Assembly (NCBI RefSeq): GCF_036321535.1
Contig: NC_087446.1
Location: 64,668,001-64,732,000, forward strand
Direction: 5' to 3'
Source: Camelus dromedarius
Lineage: Eukaryota
DNA: 64,000 nt
The translations under genes were made by a program, and so were the position numbers. Under the pieces are notes generated by a model. That model was not told the origin of the DNA. It searched no databases and worked only from the letters and a program-made list of their open reading frames with translations. This document shows positions 1 to 13,860 of the stretch, piece by piece; position 1 is the first letter of the stretch, and each line of letters begins with the position of its first letter.

Positions 1-3000
1 TTGACAACTCCACTCCATACTTATATATGGGGAGGTACTAGCTCCAACTCGTTTTTACAGTGAAAACTGCAGGAACTTCAAACCGGCACTAAGAAACAGT
101 CTGAGAAACCAGAGTAAAAGTTTCTCATACAACCCGTTCCCATGGTGCTAGATGAACGAACGTCTCTCCACATGCTCAGTTCTGAGAGATAACTGTGTGT
201 GAAAGCCTTCCTCCACCTAGCTTGTTCGGTACACAAAGATTTTTTTCAGTTGACAACTCCACTCCATACATATATATGGTGAGGAACTAGCTCCAACTCG
301 TTTTTAACAGTGAAAACTGCAGGAACTTCAAACCGGCACTAGGAAACAGACTGAGAATCCAGAGTAAAACTTTCCCTGCAACCCGTTCCCTTTGTGCTAG
401 ATGAACGAACGTCTCTCCACATCCTAAGTTCTGAGAGATAAGTGTGTGTGAAAGCCATCCTTCAACTAGCTTGTTGGGAACACATTGTTTCTTTTCAGTT
501 GCAAACTCCACTGCATACATATATATGGGAGGTGCTAGCTCCAACTCGTTTTTACAGTGAAAACTGCAGGAACTTCAAACCGGCACTAGGAAACAGTCTG
601 AGAGACCAGAGTAAAAGTTTCTCATACAAATCGTTCCCATGTTGATAGATGAACGAACGTCTCTCCACATGCTCAGTTCTGAGAGATAACTGTGTGTGAA
701 AGCCGTCTTCACCAGCTTGTTGGGAACACAAATTTCTTTTCAGTTGCAAACCCCACTCCATACATATATATGTGGAGGTACTATCTCCAACTAAGTTTTA
801 CAGTGATAACTGATGGAACATCAAACTGGCACTAGGAAACAGTCTGAGAAAGTAGAGTAAAAGTTTCTCCTGCAACCCGTTCCCTTTGTGCTAGATGAAC
901 GAACGTCTCTCCACATGCTCAGTTCTGAGAGATAAGTGTGTGTGAAAGCCGTCCTTCACCTAGCTTGTTGGGAACACAAAGTTACTTTTAAGTTGGCAAA
1001 TCCACCCCATTCATATATATGGGGAGATACAAGCTCCAACTCGGTTTTACAGTGAAAAGTGCAGGAACTTCAAACAGGCACTAGGAAACAGACTGAGATA
1101 ACAGAGAAAAAGTTTCTCCTGCAACCCGTTCCCTTGCTGATAGATGAACGAACGTCTCTCCACATGCTCATTTCTGAGAGATAAGTGTGTGTGAAAGTCG
1201 TCCTTCACTTAGCTTCTTGGGAACACAAAGATTTTTTTCATTTCACAACTCCAATCCATACATATATATGTGGAGGTACTAGCTCCAACTAGTTTATACA
1301 GTGAAATCTGCAGGAACTTCAAACCGGCACTAGGAAACAGACTGAGAATCCAGAGTATAAGTTTCCCTGCAACCCGTTCCCTTGGTGCTAGATGAACGAA
1401 CGTCTCTCCACATGCTCAGTTCTGAGAGAAAAGTGTGTGTGAAAGCTGTCCTTCCACTTGCTTGTTGGGAACACAAAGTTTCTTTTCAGTTGCAAACATC
1501 CACTCCTTACATATATATGGGGAGGTACTATCTCCAACTCTGTTTTACGGTGAAAACGTCAGGAATTTCAAACCGGCATTAGAAACAGACTGAGAATCCA
1601 GAGTAATATTTTCTCATGCAACCCGTTCCCTTGGTGCTAGATTAACGACCGTCTCTCCACATGCTCAGTTTTAAGAGATATGTGTGTGTGAAACAGACCT
1701 TCAATTAGGTTGTTGGGAACACAAAGTTTCTTTTCAGTTGCAAACTCCACTCTATACAAATATATGGGGAGGTACTAGCTCCAACTCGGTTTTACAGTAT
1801 ACACTGCAGGAACTTGAAACCGGCACTAGGAAACAGATTGAGATACCAGAGTAAAAGTTTCTCCTGCAACCCTTTCCCTTGGTGCTAGATGAACGAACGT
1901 CTCTCTACATACTCAGTTCTGAGAGATAAGTGTGTGTGAAAGCCGTCCTTCACCTTGCATCTTGGGAACACAAAGTTTCTTTTCAGTTGCAAACACCACT
2001 CTATACATATATATGGGGAAGTACAAGCTCCAACTCGGTTTTACAGTGAAAACTGCAGGAACTTCAAACCGGCACTAGGAAACAGTCTGAGAAACTAGAG
2101 TAAAAGTTTCTCTTGCAACCCGTTCCCTTGGTGCTAGAAGAACGAAAGTCTCTCCAAATGCTCAGTTCTGAGAGATAAGTGTGTGTGAAAGTCGTCCTTC
2201 ACTTAGCTTCTTGGGATCACAAAGATTTTTTTCATTTCACAACTCCAATCCATACATATATATGGGGAGGTACTAGCTCCAACTAATTTTTACAGTGAAA
2301 TCTGCAGGAACTTCAAACCGGCACTAGGAAACAGACTGAGAATCCAGAGTAAAAGTTTCCCTGCAACCCGTTCCCTTGGTGCTAGATGAACGAACGACTC
2401 CCACATGCTCTGTTCTGAGAGATAAGTGTGTGTGAAAGCCGTCTTCACCAGCTTGTTTGGAACACAAAGTTTCTTTTCAGTTGCAAACCCCACTCCATAC
2501 ATATATATGTGGAGGTACTATCTCCAACTAAGTTTTACAGTGATAACTGATGGAACATCAAACTGGCACTAGGAAAAAGTCTGAGAAAGTAGAGTAAAAG
2601 TTTCTCCTGCAACCCGTTCCCTTTGTGCTAGATGAACGAACGTTTCTCCACATGCTCAGTTCTGAGAGTTAAGTGTGTGTGAAAGCCGTCCTTCCACTTG
2701 CTTGTTGGGAACACAAAGTTTCTTTTCAGTTGCAAACATCCACTCCTTACATATATATGGGGAGGTACTATCTCCAAATCTGTTTTACGGTGAAAACGTC
2801 AGGAATTTCAAACCGGCACTAGAAACAGACTGAGAATCCAGAGTAATATTTTCTCTTGCAACCCGTTCCCTTGGTGCTAGATGAACGAACGTCTCTCCAC
2901 ATGCTCAGTTTTAAGAGATATGTGTGTGTGAAACAGTCCTTCAATTAGGTTGTTGGGAACACAAAGTTTCTTTTCAGTTGCAAACTCCACTCTATACATA

Positions 3001-6000
3001 TATGTGGGGAGGTACTAGCTCCAACTCGGTTTTACAGTATAAACTGCAGGAACTTGAAACCGGCACTAGGAAACAGATTGAGATAACTGAGTAAAAGTTT
3101 CTCCTGCAACCCGTTCCCTTGGTGCTAGATGAACGAACGTCTCTCTACATACTCAGTTCTGAGAGATAAGTGTGTGTGAAAGCCGTCCTTCACTTAGCTT
3201 CTTGGGATCACAAAGATTTTTTTCATTTCACAACACCAATCCATACATATATATGGGGAGGTACTAGCTCCAACTAGTTTTTACAGTTAAATCTGCAGGA
3301 ACTTCAAATCGGCACTAGGAATCAGACTGAGAATCCAGAGTAAAAGTTTCCCTGCAACCCGTTCCCTTGGTGCTAGATGAACGAACGTCTCTCCACATGC
3401 TCAGTTCTGAGAGAAAATTGTGTGTGAAAGCCGCCCTTCACCTAGCTTGTTGGGAACACAAAGTTTCTTTTCAGTTGCAAACTCCACTCCATACATATAT
3501 ATGGGGAGGTGCTATCTCCACCTCGGTTGTACAGTGAAAACTGCAGGAACTTCAAACCGGCACTAGGAAACAGACTGAGAATCCAGAGAAAAAGTTTCTC
3601 CTGCAACCCGTTCCCTTGGTGCTAGATGAACGAACTTCTCTCCACATGCTCAGTTCTGAGAGATAAGTGTGTGTGAAAGCCGTCTTCACCAGCTTGTGGG
3701 AACACAAAGGTTCTTTTCTGTTGCAAACTCCACTCCATACATATATATGGGGAGGTACTATCCCCAACTCAGTTTTATAGTGATAACTGCAGGAACATCA
3801 AACCGGCACTAGGAAACAGTCTGAGAAACTAGAGTAAAAGTTTCTCCTGAAACACTTTCCATTTGCGCTAGATGAACGAACGTCTCTCCACATGCTCAGT
3901 TCTGAGAGATAAGTGTGTGTGAAAGCCGTCCTTCCTTTTGCTTCTTGTGAACACAAAGTTTATTTTCAGTTGCAAACTCCATTCCATACATATATATGGT
4001 GAGGTACTAGCTCCAACTCGTTTTTATCAGTGAACACTGCAGGAACTTCAAACCGGCACTAGGAAACAGACTGAGAATCCAGAGTAAAAGTTTCCCTGCA
4101 ACCCGTTCCCTTGGTGCTAGATGAACGAACGTCTCTCCACATCCTCAGTTCTGAGAGATAAGTGTGTGTGAAAGCCATCCTTCAACTTGCTTGTTGGGAA
4201 CACATTGTTTCTTTTCAGTTGCAAACTCTACTGCATACATATATATGGGAGGTGCTAGCTCCAACTCGTTTTTACAGTGAAAACTGCAGGAACTTCAAAC
4301 CGGCACTAGGAAACAGTCTGAGAAACCAGAGTAAAATTTTCTCATACAACCCGTTCCCATGTTGCTAGATGAACGAAAGTCTCTCCACATGCTCAGTTCT
4401 GAGAGATAACTGTGAGTGAAAGCCGTCCTTCACCTAGCTTCTTCGGAACACAAAGTTTCTTTTCAGTTTCAAACTCCACTCTATACATATATATTGGGAG
4501 GTATTAGCTCCATCTCGGTTTTAAAGTGAATACTGCAGGAACTTCAAACCGGCACTAGGAAACAGACTGAGAATCCAGAGTAAAAGTTTCTCCTGCAAAC
4601 CGTTCCCTTGTTGCTAGATGAACGAACGACTGTCCACATGCTCTGTTCTGAGAGATAAGTGTGTGTGAAAGCCGTCTTCAACAGCTTGTTGGGAACACAA
4701 AGTTTCTTTTCAGTTGCAAACCCCTCTCCATAAATATATATGTGGAGGTACAATCTCCAACTAAGTTTTACAGTGATAACTGATGGAACATCAAACTGGC
4801 ACTAGGAAACAGTCTGAGAAAGTAGAGTAAAAGTTTCTCCTGCAACCCGTTCCCTTTGTGCTAGATGAACGAACGTCTCTCCACATGCTCAGTTCTGAGA
4901 GATAAGTGTGTGTGAAAGCCGAACTTCACCTAGCTTGTTGGGAACACAAAGTTACTTTTAAGTTGGCTAATCCACCCCATACATATATATGGGGAGATAC
5001 AAGCTCCAACTCGGTTATACAGTGAAAACTGCAGGAACTTCAAACAGCCACTAGGAAACAGACTGAGATAACAGAGAAAAAGTTTCTCCTGCAACCCGTT
5101 CCCTTGGTGCTAGATGAACGAACGACACACCACATGCTCAGTTCTGAGAGATAAGTGTGTGTGAAAGCCGTCCTTCACCTAGCTTGTTGGGAACACAAAG
5201 ATTTTTTTCAGTTGACAACTCCACTCCATATATATATATGGGTAGGTACTAGCTCCAACTCGGTTTTACAGTGAAACCTGCAGGAACTTCAAACCGGCAC
5301 TAGGAAACAGACTGAGAAACTATAGTAAAATTTTCTCCTGCAACCCGTTCCCTTGTTGCTAGATGAACGAACGTTCCTCCACATGCTCAGTTCTGAGAGA
5401 TAAGTGTGTGTGAAAGCCGTCCTTCACCAACTTGTTGGGAACACAAAGTTACTTTTCAGTTGCAAACACCAATCCTTACATATATATGGGGAGATACTAG
5501 CTCCAACTCGGTTTTACGGTGAAAACGGCAGGAATTTCAAACCGGCACTAGGAAACAGACTGAGAATCCAGAGAAATAGTTTCTCCTGCAACCCGTTCCC
5601 TTGTTGCTAGATGAATGAACGACTCTCCACATGCTCTGTTCTGAGAGACAAGTGTGTGTGAAAGCCGTCTTCAACAGCTTGTTGGGAACACAAAGTTTCT
5701 TTTCAGTTGCAAACTCCACTCCATACATATATATGTGGAGGTACTATCTCCAACTAAGTTTTACAGTGATAACTGATGGAACATCAAACTGGCACTAGGA
5801 AACAGTCTGAGAAAGTAGAGTAAAAGTTTCTCCTGCAACCCGTTCCCTTTGTGCTAGATGAACGAACGTCTCTCCACATGCTCAGTTCTGAGAGATAAGT
5901 GTGTGTGAAAGCCGTCCTTCACCTAACTTGTTGGGAACACAAAGTTACTTTTAAGTTGGCAAAACCACCCCATACATATATATGGGGAGATACAAGCTCC

Positions 6001-8640
6001 AACTCGGTTATACAGTGAAAACTGCAGGAACTTCAAACAGGCACTAGGAAACAGACTGAGATAACAGAGAAAAAGTTTCTCCTGCAACCCGTTCCCTTGG
6101 TGCTAGATGAACGAACGTCTCTCCACATCCTAAGTTCTGAGAGATAAGTGTGTGTGAAAGCCATCCTTCAACTAGCTTGTTGGGAACACATTGTTTCTTT
6201 TCAGTTGCAAACTCCACTGCATACATATATATGGGAGGTGCTAGCTCCAACTCGTTTTTACAGTGAAAACTGCAGGAACTTCAAACCGGCACTAGGAAAC
6301 AGTCTGAGAGACCAGAGTAAAAGTTTCTCATACAAATCGTTCCCATGTTGATAGATGAACGAACGTCTCTCCACATGCTCAGTTCTGAGAGATAACTGTG
6401 TGTGAAAGCCGTCCTTCACCTAGCTTGTTCGGAAAACAAAGTTTCTTTTCAGTTGAAAACTCCACTCTATACATATATATTGGGAGGTATAAGCTCCATC
6501 TCGGTTTTACAGTGAATACTGCAGGAACTTCAAACCGGCACTAGGAAACAGACTGAGAATCCAGAGTAAAAGTTTCTCCTGCAAACCGTTCCCTTGTTGC
6601 TAGATGAACGAACGACTCTCCACATGCTATGTTCTGAGAGATAATTGTGTGTGAAAGCCGTCTTCACCAGCTTGTTGGGAACACAAATTTCTTTTCAGTT
6701 GCAAACCCCACTCCATAAATATATATGTGGAGGTACTATCTCCAACTAAGTTTTACAGTGATAACTGATGGAACATCAAACTGGCACTAGGAAACAGTCT
6801 GAGAAAGTAGAGTAAAAGTTTCTCCTGCAACCCGTTCCCTTTGTGCTAGATGAACGAACGTCTCTCCACATGCTCAGTTTTGAGAGATAAGTGTGTGTGA
6901 AAGCCGTCCTTCACCTAGCTTGTTGGGAACACAAAGTTACTTTTAAGTTGGCAAATCCACCCCATTCATATATATGGGGAGATACAAGCTCCAACTCGGT
7001 TATACAGTGAAAAGTGCAGGAACTTCAAACAGGCACTAGGAAACAGACTGAGATAACAGAGAAAAAGTTTCTCCTGCAACCCGTTCCCTTGCTGATAGAT
7101 GAACGAACGTCTCTCCACATGCTCATTTCTGAGAGATAAGTGTGTGTGAAAGTCGTCCTTCACTTAGCTTCTTGGGAACACAAAGATTTTTTTCATTTCA
7201 CAACTCCAATCCATACATATATATGTGGAGGTACTAGCTCCAACTAGTTTATACAGTGAAATCTGCAGGAACTTCAAACCGGCACTAGGAAACAGACTGA
7301 GAATCCAGAGTATAAGTTTCCCTGCAACCCGTTCCCTTGGTGCTAGATGAACGAACGTCTCTCCACATGCTCAGTTCTGAGAGAAAATTGTGTGTGAAAG
7401 CTGTCCTTCCACTTGCTTGTTGGGAACACAAAGTTTCTTTTCAGTTGCAAACATCCACTCATTACATATATATGGGGAGGTACTATCTCCAACTCTGTTT
7501 TACGGTGAAAACGTCAGGAATTTCAAACCGGCATTAGAAACAGACTGAGAATCCAGAGTAATATTTTCTCATGCAACCCGTTCCCTTGGTGCTAGATTAA
7601 CGACCGTCTCTCCACATGCTCAGTTTTAAGAGATATGTGTGTGTGAAACAGACCTTCAATTAGGTTGTTGGGAACACAAAGTTTCTTTTCAGTTGCAAAC
7701 TCCACTCTATACAAATATATGGGGAGGTACTAGCTCCAACTCGGTTTTACAGTATACACTGCAGGAACTTGAAACCGGCACTAGGAAACAGATTGAGATA
7801 CCAGAGTAAAAGTTTCTCCTGCAACCCTTTCCCTTGGTGCTAGATGAACGAACGTCTCTCTACATACTCAGTTCTGAGAGATAAGTGTGTGTGAAAGCCG
7901 TCCTTCACCTTGCATCTTGGGAACACAAAGTTTCTTTTCAGTTGCAAACACCACTCTATACATATATATGGGGAAGTACAAGCTCCAACTCGGTTTTACA
8001 GTGAAAACTGCAGGAACTTCAAACCGGCACTAGGAAACAGTCTGAGAAACTAGAGTAAAAGTTTCTCTTGCAACCCGTTCCCTTGGTGCTAGAAGAACGA
8101 AAGTCTCTCCAAATGCTCAGTTCTGAGAGATAAGTGTGTGTGAAAGTCGTCCTTCACTTAGCTTCTTGGGATCACAAAGATTTTTTTCATTTCACAACTC
8201 CAATCCATACATATATATGGGGAGGTACTAGCTCCAACTAATTTTTACAGTGAAATCTGCAGGAACTTCAAACCGGCACTAGGAAACAGACTGAGAATCC
8301 AGAGTAAAAGTTTCCCTGCAACCCGTTCCCTTGGTGCTAGATGAACGAACGTCTCTCCACATTCTCAGTTCTGAGAGAAAATTGTGTGTGAAAGCCGCCC
8401 TTCACCTAGCTTGTTCGGAACACAAAGTTTCTTTTCAGTTGAAAACTCCACTCTATACATATATATTGGGAGGTATTAGCTCCATCTCGGTTTTACAGTG
8501 AATACTGCAGGAAATTCAAACCGGCACTAGGAAACAGACTGAGAATCCAGAGTAAAAGTTTCTCCTGCAAACCGTTCCCTTGTTGCTAGATGAACGAACG
8601 ACTCCCACATGCTCTGTTCTGAGAGATAAGTGTGTGTGAA

Positions 8641-11122
8641 AGCCGTCTTCACCAGCTTGTTTGGAACACAAAGTTTCTTTTCAGTTGCAAACCCCACTCC
8701 ATACATATATATGTGGAGGTACTATCTCCAACTAAGTTTTACAGTGATAACTGATGGAACATCAAACTGGCACTAGGAAACAGTCTGAGAAAGTAGAGTA
8801 AAAGTTTCTCCTGCAACCCGTTCCCTTTGTGCTAGATGAACGAACGTTTCTCCACATGCTCAGTTCTGAGAGTTAAGTGTGTGTGAAAGCCGTCCTTCCA
8901 CTTGCTTGTTGGGAACACAAAGTTTCTTTTCAGTTGCAAACATCCACTCCTTACATATATATGGGGAGGTACTATCTCCAAATCTGTTTTACGGTGAAAA
9001 CGTCAGGAATTTCAAACCGGCACTAGAAACAGACTGAGAATCCAGAGTAATATTTTCTCTTGCAACCCGTTCCCTTGGTGCTAGATGAACGAACGTCTCT
9101 CCACATGCTCAGTTTTAAGAGATATGTGTGTGTGAAACAGTCCTTCAATTAGGTTGTTGGGAACACAAAGTTTCTTTTCAGTTGCAAACTCCACTCTATA
9201 CATATATGTGGGGAGGTACTAGCTCCAACTCGGTTTTACAGTATAAACTGCAGGAACTTGAAACCGGCACTAGGAAACAGATTGAGATAACTGAGTAAAA
9301 GTTTCTCCTGCAACCCGTTCCCTTGGTGCTAGATGAACGAACGTCTCTCTACATACTCAGTTCTGAGAGATAAGTGTGTGTGAAAGCCGTCCTTCACTTA
9401 GCTTCTTGGGATCACAAAGATTTTTTTCATTTCACAACACCAATCCATACATATATATGGGGAGGTACTAGCTCCAACTAGTTTTTACAGTGAAATCTGC
9501 AGGAAATTCAAATCGGCACTAGGAAACAGACTGAGAATCCAGAGTAAAAGTTTCCCTGCAACCCGTTCCCTTGGTGCTAGATGAACGAACGTCTCTCCAC
9601 ATGCTCAGTTCTGAGAGAAAATTGTGTGTGAAAGCCGCCCTTCACCTAGCTTGTTGGGAACACAAAGTTTCTTTTCAGTTGCAAACTCCACTCCATACAT
9701 ATATATGGGGAGGTGCTATCTCCACCTCGGTTGTACAGTGAAAACTGCAGGAACTTCAAACCGGCACTAGGAAACAGACTGAGAATCCAGAGAAAAAGTT
9801 TCTCCTGCAACCCGTTCCCTTGGTGCTAGATGAACGAACTTCTCTCCACATGCTCAGTTCTGAGAGATAAGTGTGTGTGAAAGCCGTCTTCACCAGCTTG
9901 TTTGGAACACAAAGTTTCTTTTCAGTTGCAAACCCCACTCCATACATATATATGTGGAGGTACTATCTCCAACTAAGTTTTACAGTGATAACTGATGGAA
10001 CATCAAACTGGCACTAGGAAACAGTCTGAGAAAGTAGAGTAAAAGTTTCTCCTGCAACCCGTTCCCTTTGTGCTAGATGAACGAACGTTTCTCCACATGC
10101 TCAGTTCTGAGAGTTAAGTGTGTGTGAAAGCCGTCCTTCCACTTGCTTGTTGGGAACACAAAGTTTCTTTTCAGTTGCAAACATCCACTCCTTACATATA
10201 TATGGGGAGGTACTATCTCCAAATCTGTTTTACGGTGAAAACGTCAGGAATTTCAAACCGGCACTAGAAACAGACTGAGAATCCAGAGTAATATTTTCTC
10301 TTGCAACCCGTTCCCTTGGTGCTAGATGAACGAACGTCTCTCCACATGCTCAGTTTTAAGAGATATGTGTGTGTGAAACAGTCCTTCAATTAGGTTGTTG
10401 GGAACACAAAGTTTCTTTTCAGTTGCAAACTCCACTCTATACATATATGTGGGGAGGTACTAGCTCCAACTCGGTTTTACAGTATAAACTGCAGGAACTT
10501 GAAACCGGCACTAGGAAACAGATTGAGATAACTGAGTAAAAGTTTCTCCTGCAACCCGTTCCCTTGGTGCTAGATGAACGAACGTCTCTCTACATACTCA
10601 GTTCTGAGAGATAAGTGTGTGTGAAAGCCGTCCTTCACTTAGCTTCTTGGGATCACAAAGATTTTTTTCATTTCACAACACCAATCCATACATATATATG
10701 GGGAGGTACTAGCTCCAACTAGTTTTTACAGTGAAATCTGCAGGAACTTCAAATCGGCACTAGGAAACAGACTGAGAATCCAGAGTAAAAGTTTCCCTGC
10801 AACCCGTTCCCTTGGTGCTAGATGAACGAACGTCTCTCCACATGCTCAGTTCTGAGAGAAAATTGTGTGTGAAAGCCGCCCTTCACCTAGCTTGTTGGGA
10901 ACACAAAGTTTCTTTTCAGTTGCAAACTCCACTCCATACATATATATGGGGAGGTGCTATCTCCACCTCGGTTGTACAGTGAAAACTGCAGGAACTTCAA
11001 ACCGGCACTAGGAAACAGACTGAGAATCCAGAGAAAAAGTTTCTCCTGCAACCCGTTCCCTTGGTGCTAGATGAACGAACTTCTCTCCACATGCTCAGTT
11101 CTGAGAGATAAGTGTGTGTGAA
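8641..11122. repeat. Near-identical tandem duplication of a 5-monomer unit (1241 bp x2)
   Basis: AGCCGTCTTCACCAGCTTG at 8641, 9882 and 11123. The intervening diagnostic variants repeat in order. The same 5-mer occurs only once in the earlier block (2437-3677). Confidence 0.9.
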
Positions 11123-11499
11123 AGCCGTCTTCACCAGCTTGTGGGAACACAAAGGTTCTTTTCTGTTGCAAACTCCACTCCATACATATATATGGGGAGG
11201 TACTATCCCCAACTCAGTTTTATAGTGATAACTGCAGGAACATCAAACCGGCACTAGGAAACAGTCTGAGAAACTAGAGTAAAAGTTTCTCCTGAAACAC
11301 TTTCCATTTGCGCTAGATGAACGAACGTCTCTCCACATGCTCAGTTCTGAGAGATAAGTGTGTGTGAAAGCCGTCCTTCCTTTTGCTTCTTGTGAACACA
11401 AAGTTTCTTTTCAGTTGCAAACTCCATTCCATACATATATATGGTGAGGTACTAGCTCCAACTCGTATTTAACAGTGAACACTGCAGGAACTTCAAACC

Positions 11500-13860
11500 G
11501 GCACTAGGAAACAGACTGAGAATCCAGAGTAAAAGTTTCCCTGCAACCCGTTCCCTTGGTGCTAGATGAACGAACGTCTCTCCACATCCTCAGTTCTGAG
11601 AGATAAGTGTGTGTGAAAGCCATCCTTCAACTAGCTTGTTGGGAACACATTGTTTCTTTTCAGTTGCAAACTCTACTGCATACATATATATGGGAGGGGC
11701 TAGCTCCAACTCGTTTTTACAGTGAAAACTGCAGGAACTTCAAACCGGCACTAGGAAACAGTCTGAGAAACCAGAGTAAAATTTTCTCATACAACCCGTT
11801 CCCATGTTGCTAGATGAACGAACGTCTCTCCACATGCTCAGTTCTGAGAGATAACTGTGTGTGAAAGCCGTCCTTCACCTAGCTTCTTCGGAACACAAAG
11901 TTTCTTTTCAGTTGAAAACTCCACTCTATACATATATATTGGGAGGTATTAGCTCCATCTCGGTTTTAAAGTGAATACTGCAGGAACTTCAAACCGGCAC
12001 TAGGAAACAGACTGAGAATCCAGAGTAAAAGTTTCTCCTGCAAACCGTTCCCTTTGTGCTAGATGAATGAACGACTGTCCACATGCTCTGTTCTGAGAGA
12101 TAAGTGTGTGTGAAAGCCGTCTTCACCAGCTTGTTGGGAACACAAAGTTTCTTTTCAGTTGCAAACCCCTCTCCATAGATATATATGTGGAGGTACAATC
12201 TCCAACTAAGTTTTACAGTGATAACTGATGGAACATCAAACTGGCACTAGGAAACAGTCTGAGAAAGTAGAGTAAAAGTTTCTCCTGCAACCCGTTCCCT
12301 TTGTGCTAGATGAACGAACGTCTCTCCACATGCTCAGTTCTGAGAGATAAGTGTGTGTGAAAGCCGAACTTCACCTAGCTTGTTGGGAACACAAAGTTAC
12401 TTTTAAGTTGGCTAATCCACCCCATACATATATATGGGGAGATACAAGCTCCAACTCGGTTATACAGTGAAAACTGCAGGAACTTCAAACAGTCACTAGG
12501 AAACAGACTGAGATAACAGAGAAAAAGTTTCTCCTGCAACCCGTTCCCTTGGTGCTAGATGAACGAACGACTCTCCACATGCTCAGTTCTGAGAGATAAG
12601 TGTGTGTGAAAGCCGTCCTTCACCTAGCTTGTTGGGAACACAAAGATTTTTTTCAGTTGACAACTCCACTCCATATATATATATGGGTAGGTACTAGCTC
12701 CAACTCGGTTTTACAGTGAAACCTGCAGGAACTTCAAACCAGCACTAGGAAACAGACTGAGAATCCAGAGTAAAAGTTTCCCTGCAACCCGTTCCCTTGG
12801 TGCTAGATGAACGAACGTCTCTCCACATCCTCAGTTCTGAGAGATAAATGTGTGTGAAAGCCATCCTTCAACTAGCTTGTTGGGAACACATTGTTTCTTT
12901 TCAGTTGCAAACTCCACTGCATACATATATATGGGAGGTGCTAGCTCCAACTCGTTTTTACAGTGAAAACTGCAGGAACTTCAAACCGGCACTAGGAAAC
13001 AGTCTGAGAAACCAGAGTAAAATTTTCTCATACAACCCGTTCCCATGTTGCTAGATGAACGAACGTCTCTCCACATGCTCAGTTCTGAGAGATAACTGTG
13101 TGTGAAAGCCGTCCTTCACCTAGCTTCTTCGGAACACAAAGTTTCTTTTCAGTTTCAAACTCCACTCTATACATATATATTGGGAGGTATTAGCTCCATC
13201 TCGGTTTTAAAGTGAATACTGCAGGAACTTCAAACAGGCACTAGGAAACAGACTGAGAATCCAGAGTAAAAGTTTCTCCTGCAAATCGTTCCCTTGTTGC
13301 TAGATGAACGAACGACTCTCCACATGCTCTGTTCTGAGAGATAAGTGTGTGTGAAAGCCGTCTTCACCAGCTTGTTGGGAACACAAAGTTTCATTTCAGT
13401 TGCAAACCCCTCTCCATACATATATATGTGGAGGTACAATCTCCAACTAAGTTTTACAGTGATAACTGATGGAACATCAAACTGGCACTAGGAAAAATTC
13501 TGAAGATTTAGAGTAAAAGATTCTCCTGCAACCCGTTCCCTTTGTGCTAGATGAACGAACTTCTCTCCACATGCTCAGTTCTGAGTGATAAGTGTGTGTG
13601 AAAGCCGACCTTCACCTAGCTTGTTGGGAACACAAAGTTACTTTTAAGTATGCTAATCCACCCCATACATATATATGGGGAGATACAAGCTCCAACACGG
13701 TTATACAGTGAAAACTGCAGGAACTTCAAACAGTCACTAGGAAACAGACTGAGATAACAGAGAAAAAGTTTCTCCAGCAACACGTTCCCTTGGTGCTAGA
13801 TGAACGAACGACTCTCCACATGCTCAGTTCTGAGAGAGAAGTGTGTGTGAAAGCCGTCCT
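11500..13860. repeat. Second, slightly more diverged 5-monomer tandem duplication (period 1241 bp; second copy incomplete)
   Basis: ORF pairs 11607->12848 and 11989->13230 are both offset by 1241. The marker monomer is at ~12220 and ~13460. Several private substitutions occur in the second copy. Confidence 0.8.

Larger units (their letters stand above)
1..13860. repeat. Satellite domain I (distinct monomer subfamilies), containing a large imperfect block duplication: ~400-5300 vs ~6100-12740
   Basis: The CCCTTGGTGCTAG variant is frequent here, last seen near 13790. A marker monomer TGATAACTGATGGAACATCAAACTGG occurs at ~805, 2540, 4775, 5768, 6760, 8745, 9985, 12220 and 13460 only. ORF offsets: 442->6148 (5706, 23 monomers), 1382->7337 (5955, 24), 3552->10997 and 4162->11607 (7445, 30). 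Confidence 0.85.

Noticed and set aside
15..36. TATA-like ATATATAT and GGAGGT (Shine-Dalgarno-like) motifs in each monomer
   Set aside because: These short motifs are part of the repeat, with no downstream coding or transcript evidence.
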